A stretch of 64,000 bases of DNA from Vitrella brassicaformis CCMP3155. Taxonomy: Eukaryota > Protista > Chromerida. Shown here piece by piece: positions 1-13,172 of this stretch (positions are counted from its first letter, which is position 1; the number at the start of each line of letters is the position of its first letter). A model generated the notes under the pieces. That model was given only the letters and a program-made list of their open reading frames with translations, did no database searches and was not told the DNA's origin. The stretch covers positions 36,108-100,107 of the forward strand of contig CDMY01000363.1 in assembly GCA_001179505.1 (NCBI GenBank), given 5' to 3'. A program made the translations under genes and the position numbers.

Positions 1-20
1 CCCCTCCCCCTCCCTGTCAG

Positions 21-2676
21 CCGGGCTCGATGTGGCGTCGCTGCTGCTCAAGGGCGGGGCGGCCCTGGGCGGCCTGATGGTGGGGTACTCGGCCTGCCGC
101 CTATCGTACTTCGTGTGTCGTTATGTGTGGAACTCGTCCAAGTACCGCGAGCTGCCTGCGAGTGAAGAGTCGATGCCCGTGTGGACGGCCAAGGACCCGA
201 CGGGCAAGTTCGAGGACTTCCTCGAGTCCATCCGGGACAAAGACAAACCCGGACAGTTCAGAAAGGTCAGTCAGTCGACAGACATGGCACAGTCGACACA
301 CACAATCAGGGCAGGGGAGGGGAGGGATGGGCAGGGTTCTCATGTCACGCGTCTGTGTCTGTCTGTGGGTGTTGATTGCCCATCGTGTGTGTGTGTGTGT
401 GTGTGTCAGTTGGTTGACTGCGGTCCGTTCTTCGACGGTCGTCGGATCGTGCTGATCAACGACCCCGACGTGTTCGCCACGGTGCTCAACGACCTCAAGG
501 CCTTCCCCAAATACCCCGTCCATGCCACAGAGGTCTACATCGGCGATGGGTATGTATGCCATCCAATCCAACACAAGCCATGGGGGGGGACGACGGAATC
601 ACAGCCGCCATCAAATGCCTTGTTGTCCCTTTCTCTGGTTTTGTGTGTTTGTGTGTGGTCTTATGGTGGTCAGTTTGCTCAACGCCAAGGGTGCGCAGTG
701 GCACCGTCAGAGGAAGCTGCTGACCCCGCTGTTCCACTTCAAGGCCCTAAAACAGGCGCTGCCACACATGGTCCGCCGCGTCAAGACCGTCGTCGCACAG
801 ATCGACCAAGAGATCGACCAAAACACTGACAACCGCACCATCAGATGCAGAGACACATTCAAGTCAGTCAGTGACCCCACAATCGCGCCGCGGTGGCCAC
901 ACACAGCAGGGTCTGACTGTGTGTATATCTGTGTGTATGTGTGTGTGTCCTGTGTGTGTGGCAGTGATTTGGCGCTTCAGATCATGATGGATTGTGTGTT
1001 CCCGGGCAAGTTTGACGGCCCTTGGATGATGGAGGCCTGGGAGATCTCCACGCGCTTCTCAAACACATACTTCATCGGCAGACTCATACTCGGTCAGCCA
1101 CCCCCACCCCCACCCCACCCCCACCACCACCACCACACACCTTGTCTGTGTGTTCTTGCTGCAGGTTGGCCGTGGGACCTGCTGCCCCTCCCCTCCGCCC
1201 TGGGTCTGCACCTGCGTGTGTGGCGGATCGCTCAGCGCGTCAAGGCGGCCATCCGCGACACCAAGCGGCGGCTGCAGCAGCAGGAGGCGGAGCAGGGCAG
1301 CGGCAAGGTGGAAGCGGGTGGCAATCTGGTGGAAATGCTGGTGTCGACGGACGGCATCAGCGACCACCAGGTGCTGCTGGAGGCCTTAACTTTTTTGGGC
1401 GCCGGGCACGCCACCACTTCCAACATGCTCTGCTGGGCACTCTACCACCTCGCCAAATACCCAGACAAACAGGTGCAAGGCGAGGCGATGCAATCAGTGG
1501 CCGCACTGTGTTGCTCGGTGGATGGATCGATGGATGCATCCCTGGTGTGTTATTGTGTTGTGTTGTGTTGGTTGTGTGTCAGGCCAAGTTGCATCGTGAG
1601 ATCGACGAGATGTTTGGCGGCGAGCCGATCGCTCCGGAGGACTACATGAGACTCGAGTACTGCAGGGCCGTCATCAAGGAGACACTCAGGTACACCAGAC
1701 ACCAGGGGAGAAGGGAGGGCAGGGTGGGAGGTGAGACGACCAACAGGGCAACCGTCCATTCATCCACTGTCTGTCTGTCTGTCTGTCTGCCCGCATCGAC
1801 GAATCAGGTTGCGTCCGTTGATTGCCTACATGGAGCGGCTCAGCCACAAGAAGATCCACGTCGACGGACACACCATCCCACCAGGTACACAACCAGACAC
1901 CTGTGTGCAGGTACACAACCAGACACTTCTCCTCTCTCTCTGTCGACAGGCACTGCTGTGTGGCTGGGGACCTACTTCCTCCACCACGACGAGCGTTACT
2001 GGGAGGACCCCGAGGCCTTCATGCCTGAGCGGTGGCTGGAGGAGGTGCCCGACGAGGGCCCCGACGCCAACCCACAGGACTCGGGGGTCACGGCACACCA
2101 CGCCACACTCACCGACAAGATGCGGACGGCCGGCGGGAGGGCGCCGCGGTACCAGGCGGCCACGCCATTCAACCACCCGTATGCCTACGTGCCCTTCGCT
2201 GCCGGGCCCAGGAACTGCATCGGCCAGAAGGTGGGCATAGCGGCGGACACACACTCACATAGAGGCGGTATTCTGGATGGTGTGACATATTCTCGGTGGC
2301 CCGTTTGTGTGTTGTGTATGTCTGTATGTGTCAGTTCGCGCTGCAAGAGTCGATGGTACGCCGACGCGCGCACATGAAAAGGCCCCCACATGGCCACCCA
2401 TTCTCTCCGTTCCCCTGGCATGTGTGTGTGTGTGTGTGTGTGTGGTGTGTCCAGGTGATCCTGTGCGAGTTGTTTCAGCGGTTTGAGGTGTCGCTGGCGG
2501 GCCCCGACCGAGTCAAGGCCATGTTCCCCATCACCATGATCCCACTCAACATACACATCGCATTCAAACGGCGGACCACATTCTACTTCAGCAACAACAC
2601 ACACACCACAAGCAGCAACACAAGCCAGGCATCCACCGCCCCATCCACACCCCTGCTCCCCGCTGCTGCTGTGTGA
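21..2676 (+). CDS. Cytochrome P450, multi-exon, probably 5'-incomplete at the window edge
   Basis: Spliced exons give I-helix FLGAGHATTSNMLCWALYHLAKYP, K-helix VIKETLR, FMPERW and heme-binding PFAAGPRNCIGQK (2195-2224). Splice phases are consistent for the junctions checked from 863 to the stop at 2674-2676. An acceptor-like tgtcag ends at 20. Confidence 0.95.
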
Positions 2677-5432
2677 CCACACTCGCCTGTGCTGTGCTGT
2701 GCTGTGTTGTGTTGTTTGACGTCAAGTGTTTGTTTTTGAATACGATGTGTGGCGGGCTGTGGCGGGGCGTGAGAGGGTGTGGGTGAGGTCGAGGGATAGC
2801 CTGCAATGGCAGGGAGACATGGCTATACTTACAGGGCGGGCTGGGTGAGTGGGTGGCTGGATGGCTGGATGGTGGGGAGGGGGAGGTTTTGGAGCTCACG
2901 TCTCGCCTCTATTGCTGATGCTGATGCTGCTACTGCTGATGATACATATACATGGCACCGGTGGGTGGCTTTTTCCGTTCCATCACTTGCGCACCCACCC
3001 ATTTCCACCACCCATTTCCACACACACTCGTCTTTTTCCTTCCTCCCTCCCTACCTCTTCTCTCCTCTACCTATCTATCTATCTAGTTACCTTTCTGTGG
3101 TGCTATCATTTTGTCCCTGTGTGTGCCTGCGGATGGATGGATGGATGGGGTCTTTCCTTTCTGATTCGTTTCATTTTCGTCCATCTGTGTGCGCCGATCG
3201 CTGGCTGTCCCGCCCTCCGCAAGACATTCCATCAGCCAGCCAGCCAGCCGGAGTGGAGGCGTATTTGTGAGCAGAGATGACATGACATGGCTTGAAGGGC
3301 GGCTGTGAGAGCTTTCCTTATGTGAAAGGGCAATGTTTCGGGGTAGACACACGAGGGGGAGGAGAGGAAAGTCGTTTTTTTGCTGACGACGGACGGAGAG
3401 AGATAGACATCGTGTGTGAGAGTGTGGCGAGTGGGCGAGAAAAGGTGTGGCTGGATAGTGTGATGTGGTGTGTGGTGCGTGTGCTGCGGGTGCGTCAGCC
3501 CCATTTTATCTTATCTAGGTGTCATGCCTACCCTGTCTAGGTGCTACATATCTCTCGGTCTGTCTGATGCTCTGGCTGGCTCTTCTGTGCAGACAGACAG
3601 ACGAACGTAGAGCAATGTTTTTCAACACGTGCACACGATACAAGGATGCAACAAGGTCGGTGGCTGGGTGGGTGGGGCTGGGGCCGGTGCTGTGTAGGTT
3701 TAGCCTGCGTGTGTTTGTGGCTGAGTGTCCAACTTGCCGATGGATAGGTACATATCGCTCTCTGCATACTTCTGCTGTGCAAATATCGGTGGATGTGGAT
3801 AAGACGACCGCATATATATGTCCGTGCGTGTTCATGTGGTGGTGGTGGTGGTGGGGCGGTTGGGACAACAGCAGCCGTGAATAAATCCATCAGCCAGCCA
3901 ACCAGCCGATTGACCAATACATCACTCGACTCGACAGGTCTCCGGTGGTGTGTCTCTTTCGCCGTCCCTCCCCACAACCCCACACAGGCAGATACCTGGC
4001 CATCCATCCATCCATCCGTCCACACTTGCTTGAAACCTCCACCACAATCTCACCAGAGAAAGACACACACGTGGACACACACAGCACCAGCAGCAAAAAA
4101 ACTCACTCACGATCGACCGAGATCACACACCACATCACACACCACATCCCCGGGCGGGATGCTGCCTGTGTCAGGTGGTTACGCTCCCCCGCCCCAATGC
4201 TGTGCGTCACATTGGTTACGCCCCTGTGACACGACGCATTGAGGCTCCAGATCACAACCACCACGACACAGACTAACCAAGGACACAACACGCGACGGAA
4301 AGCCTCCCTCTCTCTGTCTCTCTGGCTTGTCCTGTCTGATGGGCGGTGCCGCCTCCGACCCGTCAGGCTGTGCCGTGCACGCCTGAGTGCGCACTCGCCA
4401 CAGACTGCCGAGACGGAAACAGAGTCACCCACCAGCCAAGACGTACACCAACCTTGCACTCTACAAACTCTCTACCTACCAGGCTCTCTCCGCTTCACAT
4501 AGATCGGGCGGCAAAAAATGGTCATAATACGAGATGCAATGCAATGCCATTCACCTCTCCCAAGCACCCATCACCCACCCAAACATCGATGTAGGCAGAT
4601 AGGCAGACAGACAGACGGTGAGTGAGAGGCGGTAAGGGGTATTCATTCTCCTGACGAGGCTGGCTGGACAGTGCCATGCCAGCCCAGCCCAGCCAGCCAG
4701 CCACGCTGATGCAATGCAATCAGTGCATGCAATGCCTGGCCCGGTCCATCCCATTGCTCCCATACATCCATCCATCCATTCACCCGTCCATCCGGCTTGT
4801 GCAATTAAGAAGGCTGAAGGGGAAACGACAAACAAGAGAGAGATAGATAGCATGGTATGGTATGGCATGGACAGCACCGTATATCCCTGATCGACCGACG
4901 GACGGGCGGACAGATCAGGTCAGCCACGTCCCCTCCCATCCCCCTTCGGGAAAACTGGCACACACGCACTGCTGGAGGCGAAAAAGGATGCAGTGCTGGT
5001 GCATGCAGACACGCATCACATCACAGACATGACAGTATGGATGTACCTGCTACGGCCACAGACATACACACGTAGACAGACAGACAGACAGACAGGCAGT
5101 GAGACCCATGACCACTGATCATCAGATCGGTCGACAAAAAGGTGTCGCGCTGTTATACAATATGCAGGCATATCATGGCCGCCCCACCCACTCGCGATGG
5201 CCACCTCCCCACCTCATGCAGGAAGACAGGGGGGCAGCTAAGCAGGAGGAGAGCGGCTGCACACATGGCAGAAACCAGAAACCCAGTCCCCCAAAAAGCA
5301 CGCTGACAAACAAGACAAACAAGGTGATGCGAGCAGGCGCACACGCCCGCTCGGGTGCGATACGTCAAGATAGATATGCGATATCCCTCCCTGGCCCTTC
5401 CTCCATCCCTCCCTCTCTCTCCCATCACCCCA

Positions 5433-7595
5433 TCATACCCGTTTCCCCCTGCCCTGCACAAAGTAGCCCGCTGACGGCCCCAGCCCCTCAAACGCCTCAG
5501 CGATGGGCCCCCCCGCCTGATGGGAATCCAGCGACAACGGCCTCTTGCTGGCAAAAGCCGCCCGATCGTGCTGCAGACGAATGGGAAACGCGGGGAGGCT
5601 GCCGACGCTCTGGGCCGCATATGGGACGGGGGCGCTGCCCACGCCGGGAGGCTCGCTGTGCGCGTCCTCCGCGGTGTGTGAGTGGTGTCTGTGCCGCTGG
5701 TGGTTGTGGTGGTGATGATGGTGGCTGCTGGTGCTGCTGGATCGCCTGCCGCTTTTCTTGGAGATGAACTGCCTGATGCGCTCCCACGCGTTAGTGGGGT
5801 ACACGGCCACGCGGAAAGACGAGGCCGCCCGGTCGCAGTCCAGCGGGCCAGAGACGGGCGACGGGGACGGCGGAGGGGGCGGGATGGGCGTAGAGGTGGG
5901 GGTGACGGTAAGGTCCTCCTGGTGTGACTGGGCACTGGTGGACCGGCGGAGGTCACCCTGCATCTCCTGCTCCTCGGGAATGACGGCAAAGGACGTCACG
6001 TGCGCATCGGGCTCCCTCAGCCCGCGGAACACCGCCTCTCCGCCAGATGGCTGCTCCCGGCTGTGCATCTCGGTGGTGGTCAGAATGATCTCCACACGCC
6101 CATCCCTCTCCCTGTCCACAGTCGTGTCGGTGTGCACCATGCCGCTGTCACTGGCCGTCTCAGCGTGGGCAGCGGCGTGGTCGACACAGCCGGCGTGATC
6201 GACGTCCTGTTGATCGTATGACAGCGACCTCCGACGACTAATGGCGACGGGAGGGTGGAGACGGGGCGAGTGCAGGGAGGGCAGCCGGCCAGCGGCACCC
6301 TCCAGTGGGGGCACAGACAGGGCGGGTGAGAGAGAGAAGACGCTGCCACTGCCTCGGCCCGATTGTCGGTCGGGCGAGTCGGCGAGGGGGTGGTCCTTGC
6401 CCGTGTTGTCCGTGTTGGGGGGTGAGAGCGTCTGGGCTGGTCCGGCCTGCCGTGCAGTGGGTGACGATGGCCCCGGTGGGCTGCCAGCTGGGCTTGGGAG
6501 AGGGGAGGGGTTGAGGTGCAGCTCCTCCAGGGCGGCCTTGAGCTGATTCAGATAGTCCTCCTCAGGCATGTCACTGATGGATGGCACGCACACACAGACC
6601 GTGACTTGTGCGTGAGTGGGGGCGTCGTTGAGCTTGACTGGCCACGCACCTGAGCTTGAGCAGCTTTTGGAAGAGGTAGGTCTCCTGCAGCCTGAAGTGG
6701 TTGGTGATCCTCCCGTCGGCATGGGTCACAATGGTCGCACGCACTATGTTAAAGCCATGCTGCACAACACAACACGACACAACACAACACACGCATCCGG
6801 GTGTCCACTTGCCCATGCGACTCATTTACATGTCCTTTACTGACCTGAAACACGGTATGTGCGATTTGGTAGAGCAGGCCGGGGCTGTGGGAGCCAGCTC
6901 GCCCCTGTATCTCAACCTCCACCTGACGCTTAGCTGCACGCACACACCAACCACAGACCCGTCGACACATGCACGCATCAACGGCGCACGCCAGCCTGCT
7001 TCCCCCGCCATCATCTGACCGGGCTGGAAGAGGTCCTGCTGGTACTTGTACTCATGCAGCGCCACCCCTTTCTGCGGCCCGAATGCCGCCTGCTCGAGGT
7101 CTCGCCTGAGCTCCTCCAACAAGGCGGCGTCGGCATCGTCCTGCACCTTGTCGAGCTCGAACGTGTCCTTGACCACACGCGTCGTCGCAGGGCCGCGCGT
7201 CTCGAGCCGTGCCGTCCGGACGCTGTACTTGTACTTTTTGAAACACTCCGCCACACGCTCCAGCAGACCGATGTGGTCAGCACCTGATTCATCAACCATA
7301 CACACTCGAATGCTCAATGCTGCTGCTGCGTTAGTACCGGTGATCTCGATGACGGGGTGGTTTGGCGTGCCCTTGATGGAGAGGTTGACGCGCAACTGCT
7401 TCTCCTCCCTCTTGGGCTGCTGATAGGCGTGCATGATGCTGTAGTCAATCTGGTGGCCAGCATCGGCGGGTGCCGCCTCGCCGCCAACGGCAGTGTAGCT
7501 CTGAACGAAGAACGCAGAGAGATGCAGCGAGTCAGCATGGGCCAGCAGTGAGCATCGGCCTGGGTGTGAGTCATCCATTGGCGCACCTTGTACAT
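5433..7595 (-). CDS. Tandem ACT-domain protein (ACR/GlnD-type ACT) with a long disordered C-terminus
   Basis: ccgccATG at 7595. Splicing gives VIEITGADHIGLLERVAECFKKYKYSVRTARLET and VEVEIQGRAGSHSPGLLYQIAHTVFQHGFNIVRATIVT, both matching the ACT pattern h-h-h-G-x-D-x-x-G-L-L. The 3' end is less certain. Confidence 0.8.
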
Positions 7596-7854
7596 GGCGG
7601 CTGTGGTTATGACACGGCAAAAGGGAAAGCCTCACATTCATCCATGGTCAGCGCATCCTGCCCTTCGTGCAGCCTTCATTTCTTCAGCTCGCAGATTATT
7701 TTCGAGCGTCGAGAATTGCGCGAGCTCAGGGGAGACGTGGATTTTTCTCATTTTTCGTCACTTCCTTATCGCTTTGTCGCTTTTCCGCTGGGATTGCCTC
7801 ATCTCCTTGCTGCTGCGAGCCCTGATTTGCATCAACCCTGCGCTTGTCATTGCA

Positions 7855-8846
7855 GCCGATGCCCATGTCCACCCGAAGAGGGGCATTTCTTCGGCCACGA
7901 CCTCTTCCAGCGGCCGCTACAGCCCGAGCTCAACCATGTCGAGTGCCGAGCCCAAGACCTCCGGCTGTTTGTGGAGGCCATCATCCCCCTCAGCTCGGTC
8001 GGCATTGGCCACCGCAAGCGAGCCACCATCTGGCTCGAGTACGCCCACCACCCCGATGCCCTGGAGCGCATGAGCAGATGCTGTCAGCTGGACGGCTACA
8101 GCATCAACAAGGTCGACCTGCAGAGACGCCACACCGGCAATTGGCCGACTCTCCTTCCGTCGACGATGCTGCTCCCCACCCCTACATGACCAGAAGGAGA
8201 AGTGAGTTCCTCTCGGTAGCACGCAGGAACGATAAGAAGAGAGAGCGTATTGTACTGCTGCCCTTCCGACTCGCCGCGCCAGAGGCGGACAAGTGCATCG
8301 CACGGGACAACTGGCCGCAAGAGGACGTGCATCGGCTGCTGATACTGAGGGAGCGGCTGAGGAAGGTCGTGCCTGCGGTGAGTGAGCTAGGGATCGGCAA
8401 GAGAGGGAGGGCTGCGCACATTCGTTTGTCTGTTTCTCTGTCTGTTGATGTCTGTCTGTCGATGTGTGTGTGTTTGTATACATCAGGATGAGGAGCTCAT
8501 TGCCCAGTCGCGGTGGATGAGCATCCACAAGCTGCTCGATGCCCCCGACACCATCGGGACGACGCGGATCTCGAGCGGGACGATGCGGATCCTCGAGATC
8601 CGCGTCGAGGAGCCCGTCCACGACAGACGGGGGGGGCAGCGTGCCGTGGCTGGCGCAGCTGCAGCTGATGGAGCTGCTTCGCCTGTATGGAGTGGCGGTG
8701 AAGGGCATGCGGCTGGCTGGCCCCCATGAGCACGGGGTTCATGGCCGGCTACCTGCATCTCAAGCCGACGGGGCTCGTTCGGGCGCTGCTTCTCGGGAGG
8801 TGGGTGGGTGGACAGCGAGGGGACGGATGGATTCATGGAGACCTGG

Positions 8847-8879
<33 letters not shown>

Positions 8880-9150
8880 GTGTGTGTGTGTGTTGTGCGT
8901 GGCCTGCAGTGAGACCAAGTTCCGCGAATACGTGGCGGACATGACGGCCGAGATCGTGCGGATCGAGGGTTGCCGATGCGACAGCAATGGGTATACGCAG
9001 GCAGGCAGGCAGGCAGGCAGACACACGCTTCCACTGACAGGTACAACTTCACACACCCTTCTCCCCTCGCTTTCCCATTATTGTCAGCACACTGTCGCCG
9101 ATCCTGGAGGACCCAGCAATGGCAACCCGGCCGATGTTGCTGCTGCTGCT
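7855..9150 (+). pseudogene. ACT-like family copy A, disrupted
   Basis: Exon-by-exon paralogue of 13492-15354 (PEEGHFFGH, YAHHPDALERMSRCC, DKCIARD, DEELIAQSRWMS, KPTxLVRALLLGR, FREYVADM). Has a stop at 8187-8189, a 21/22-bp tandem duplication at 8555-8597 and a 1-nt insertion near 8712. Confidence 0.8.
8997..9020. repeat. (GCAG)6 intronic microsatellite
   Basis: Read directly from the sequence. Confidence 0.9.
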
Positions 9151-9160
9151 CCTCTTGAAG

Positions 9161-9782
9161 CGCAGCTGCCGTCTGCAGCCTTCTGCTGCCTTTCAAAAAG
9201 CTGACAAAAAGGAGAAACGGAGAGGCTCTCTTGACCTGCCTCCATTGCTTTGTGTCTGTGTCGTCTCAGAAGCGCAGCCGCCTATGAGTTCCTCGAGGAA
9301 GCGGGAGGACCACGCTCCCTACGTGCAACAGCGCGATGCAGCGATGGGGTCCATCATCATGTGGATGGAAGGTACACACGCTCAGCCATCCTTGACATAT
9401 GCATGCCTTTTGCCCCTGACGCAGCTAAGTCGAGGAAGGACTTGACTACATCGACGGAGCAGAGCGGTGCGAACAATGAATGGCTTCACTTGGATACTAT
9501 GAATGGCGTCATGAAGATCTGCCGCAGAGATGGGTGCAGCCGGGTCAGTCACCACACACCAATGCTTGAACACAGTGGCATGCTCTCTCGGTGAGGTGCG
9601 TGTGTGTGCAGATCGATGTGTGCGTGGGAGGAGCCTGCCAGCTCAACGAACCGCAGCTGCCGTCTGCAGCCTTCCTCGAGCTGTTGTGCAGGGCCACTCT
9701 CGGTAGTAAAGCTGACAAAAAGAGAAACGGAGAGGCTCTCTTCACCTGCCTCCATTGCTTGGTCTCTGTTGTCTCAGGAGCT
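9161..9782 (+). repeat. Imperfect direct repeat pair of about 110-130 bp (9161-9272 and 9652-9782)
   Basis: Both copies contain gcagctgccgtctgcagccttc...aaagctgacaaaaa(g)gagaaacggagaggctctctt(g/c)acctgcctccattgctt...gtctcag. Confidence 0.8.
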
Positions 9783-10129
9783 CCGCTGCGTGCTGACGAT
9801 CTCTCGTGCCTGTCGCCCAAGAGAAAGAAGACCAAAACCGAAGACACTCATGACCAGGTCTGACATCACCCTCCCTGCAGCCCCTTGGGCACTGCATGCA
9901 GTGCAGGCTATCCTTCCCACCTGTGCATTCATTGTATCTGTCAGGCTGCTGGTGGACTTCTGCTTATGTTGCATTAGGCTATTGCGGGCGGAAAGGAGTG
10001 AGAAGCCGGCGCCGGAAGACACACAAGAAGCAGGTGAGCACTTACACACACGCGCTTCTGGCCCTGCGTATGTGAGCAGTCGTTGCGTGTAGTTTTTGCT
10101 GTCGAGAGCGGCTGCTGACAAGGTAGACC

Positions 10130-10990
10130 GGCTTTATGGCCGGTCTGCAGCTGAAGCCCGGCTGACCAGGCTGGTCCGTGCGCTACTGCTAGGCAGGTGA
10201 GTGGGTGGGCACACTCGCGGGTGGGGAAGTTGCATAGAACACGCGTGTCTGTTTGTTGGTTGGTCATCCCTGGCTGTCAGTGAGTCACGCTTCCGCGAGT
10301 ACGTCGCGGACATGGTCGCGGAGCTCATTCGCATCGAAGGCTGCAGATCTGACGGCATCGGAGAGCCCACCCACGAACGGTCAGCCGGGGACATCCCGTG
10401 GCTGGCTCAGGTGATGGAGCTCCTGCGGAGCTACGGGGTGGGCATCAAGAGCCTCCGGCTGCTGCCCAAGCACAGCGGCTTCGTGAGCGGCTACCTGCAG
10501 CTGAAGCCGACCAGGCTGGTCCGTGCACTGCTGCTGGGCAGGTGAGTGGAGGGGCACACTGGCGGGCGGGGAAGTTGCATAGAACACGCGTGTCTGTTTG
10601 TTGGTTGGTCATCCCTGGCTGTCAGTGAGTCACGCTTTCGCGAGTACGTCGCGGACATGGTCACGGAGCTCATTCGCATCGAAGGCTGCCGATCGACCCT
10701 TCCGCCGGCCATCACACCCGCCGCCGTCCCATCCCGTCCCTGACCGTGCCACCACCGAGCATGACGCGCCGCCACCAGAGGGCCGCCCGCAGCTAGTGGA
10801 GAGTGTGGGGGCGCCCGATGAGCTGCATCGGCAGCTCGACAAGGCCGAGAGCGACGACCACGGGGAGGGCGCGGCAACGACATCGGCAGGAGGTGCCACT
10901 GATGGGCAGGACTCCTCTCCATCGACATCGTGCTGCGGGCGCGACAAGCCCATTCTGTCGTCACTCGACTCGGCTCTCAAGGTGTCCCAT
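10130..10990 (+). pseudogene. ACT-like family copy B, 5'-truncated, with an internal 345-bp tandem duplication
   Basis: The intron plus ESRFREYVADM exon occurs twice with a 345-bp period (10176 vs 10521). Downstream DDHGEGAA...DKPILSSLDSAL matches 14900-15040. Confidence 0.8.
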
Positions 10991-11460
10991 CGAATATGTC
11001 CATCTTTCTGCCAACCTCATGGCTTTTCTCTTTTCGACAATGTGGAAAGAAGCTCTTGCGGGCATTCCAGGAGGCACGGGGGGCAGAGGGCTGAGTGTCG
11101 GCTTCACATCGCTGTCTCCATTTTATATTTGATGTCTCTGCAGGACGCCAAATCGCCAGCTCATATATCTGATATGCGTAGATGAACTGAATGCACGCGG
11201 ATTGGACGAGACATAAGTTAGCTTTCGCAATTGAATGAGTCAGTCGAGTTGATTTGAGCACCAGCTTCTGTACAATCAGCATCACACACGCCACGTAAGC
11301 TATGCAGCTATGCACAAGAAAAGAGCCAAGGAAGGCAGGCGCAAAATACACCTACCAGACGGCACATGTCTACATCTATGCCTACATCCACCGGGCACGC
11401 AGCCATCTTTCCCACAGCCGGTCAGCGGCGACACTCTACTGCTGCCCCCTGTCGCCCCAA

Positions 11461-13172
11461 TCATCCACCGCCCCTCGCAACAGCATAGCTATTGAAGACA
11501 CGCTCGTCATCATTGGCACCGTGCGGCCGTGGGATTGTCACATGGATGCCATAGTCGGATGCCTCGGCCCTCACCGCCCTGTACAGCATCTCACAGATGC
11601 CCACACGACGGCCGTCCACAGCGAAGCACCACAGCGGGGCGATGCCGCCCTGACCGCCCACCACACGACCGTTGCCATGCAAAGGGCCCTGCTGCTGCGC
11701 CGCCGCCGGCTGGCAGATGACCCGATTGCCCTCCCTCACGTATTGCTGGACGGCGTTGTTGATTCGGTCACCGATGGGCCGGTCACCGATTGGGATGCGG
11801 GGGGGCGGGTCGGGGGCCAGGTGGCCGATGAGTGTCACCACCTCGGTCGCCCATATGCCTCAAGGAGCCCGGTGGGCAGGTCATCGTGGAAGTCAGCAGC
11901 CGACACAGATGCTCCATGCTCCAGCAGCCCGATTAGCGTCTCGACATGACGTGGCCCTAGGTCTGCCGCCGCCGACAGCACTGTGTTGCAGCCCCATAGC
12001 GATATAGACGCTCCGGGGTGGCAGATCTGGCGCCCTCGACGGCAGACGCACGGTGTCGGGGTCCTTGTCGAGGGCCCTTGAGTGGCAGGGCGTGCTGGAG
12101 GGGTCGCCGGCCACTGCTGTCTAGTGCGTTGACGACGTCTTCGCCCAGCGTGTCGACGATGTAATCAATGAGCCGCTCCTGGCAGCTGGCGTCGGCCAGT
12201 GGGTGACGGCAGAACCGGTGGATGGGCTGCATGGCTCCCTCCTCGTCCCTCTCGGCTTCCTCCACCAGCACCGACTCGTCACGCTGCCCAAGCATCTTGA
12301 CTGCCCTCAGCACCTTAGCAGGCTCCTTGATGTGATGGAACCGCATCTCAGCCAGCAGCTCCATCCCTGCCACCGATGCTCCCCTTGCGAGCAAGAGATC
12401 GATTAACTCCCACCTACCATTCCTCACGGCCAAGCAGAGGGGGCCACGTACGCTGCCGCTCCGGGGCTCCATGGGCGCCGCCGCATCCAGGAGCGCGCGC
12501 ATCACACCAGCGGCCTCAGGCCCGTCCAGAAACCCGGCAGCAAGCTCAGGGACAGTCGAGGCGTAGGGCCTGATGATAATGTGCTTGACGTCGGCGCCTT
12601 GTTGTAGAGGTCGCGTGCCGCCGCCTCGCTGGTGGCCTCACACACAATGCCGGCGACTAGCTGCTTGGTCGGCTGGTTCGCGCCATTGAAATCCAGCTGC
12701 ATGGACCACCACCGAGGAACGAGTGAGCATATCTCCACTCGGTCGGAGAATGTGAGGGTCGCATTCGGCACGGAAGTGTAGGGTGCCGGGAGAGGATGGG
12801 ACACAGCTCAAATGGGGGACGCACCCTGAATGACCGGACCACGTAACACCAGATGAACCAACCGACCACATTACTACGTGTTGGTGTCCTTCCTTTCACC
12901 TGTGTGGGGTCGTACTTAGACGTCATCACCGACACCCACTTGGCCGTGCGGGGGCTCCCGAATTTGTCGTTGGCAACGACCAGCTACTCTGCCATGGCGC
13001 TGCTGGTGGCGTCGCTTGACAAGTCCGTCTGCGCCGATGATGGCGTAGCCGTACGTGCAGTCCACATGAGTACCCCTGTGTGAAGGGAGGACCATATGCA
13101 GAGACCATCTCCTCGGGCACATGGCCGATGGCGGGTTCATACGGGTAGCCCGTGAGCCAAGCACCAAAGCAA
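11461..13172 (-). pseudogene. CBM20-like plus ankyrin-repeat gene, copy 1, multiply frameshifted
   Basis: Fragments include VALVLG...WSLHMVLP...YGYAIIG, QPTKQLVAGIV...QGADV (frameshift near 12606), GPLCLAVRNGRWELIDLLLARGA, QPIHRFC, GRRPLQHA and LLEHGASV, then a C-terminal INNAVQQYVREG...PLWCFAV...EMLYRAVRAEA. Collinear with 15944-17686. Confidence 0.75.

Noticed and set aside
2680-5400. Possible genes in the P450-ACT intergenic region
   Set aside because: The sequence is dominated by simple repeats, and no consistent exon chain or protein-like translation was found.
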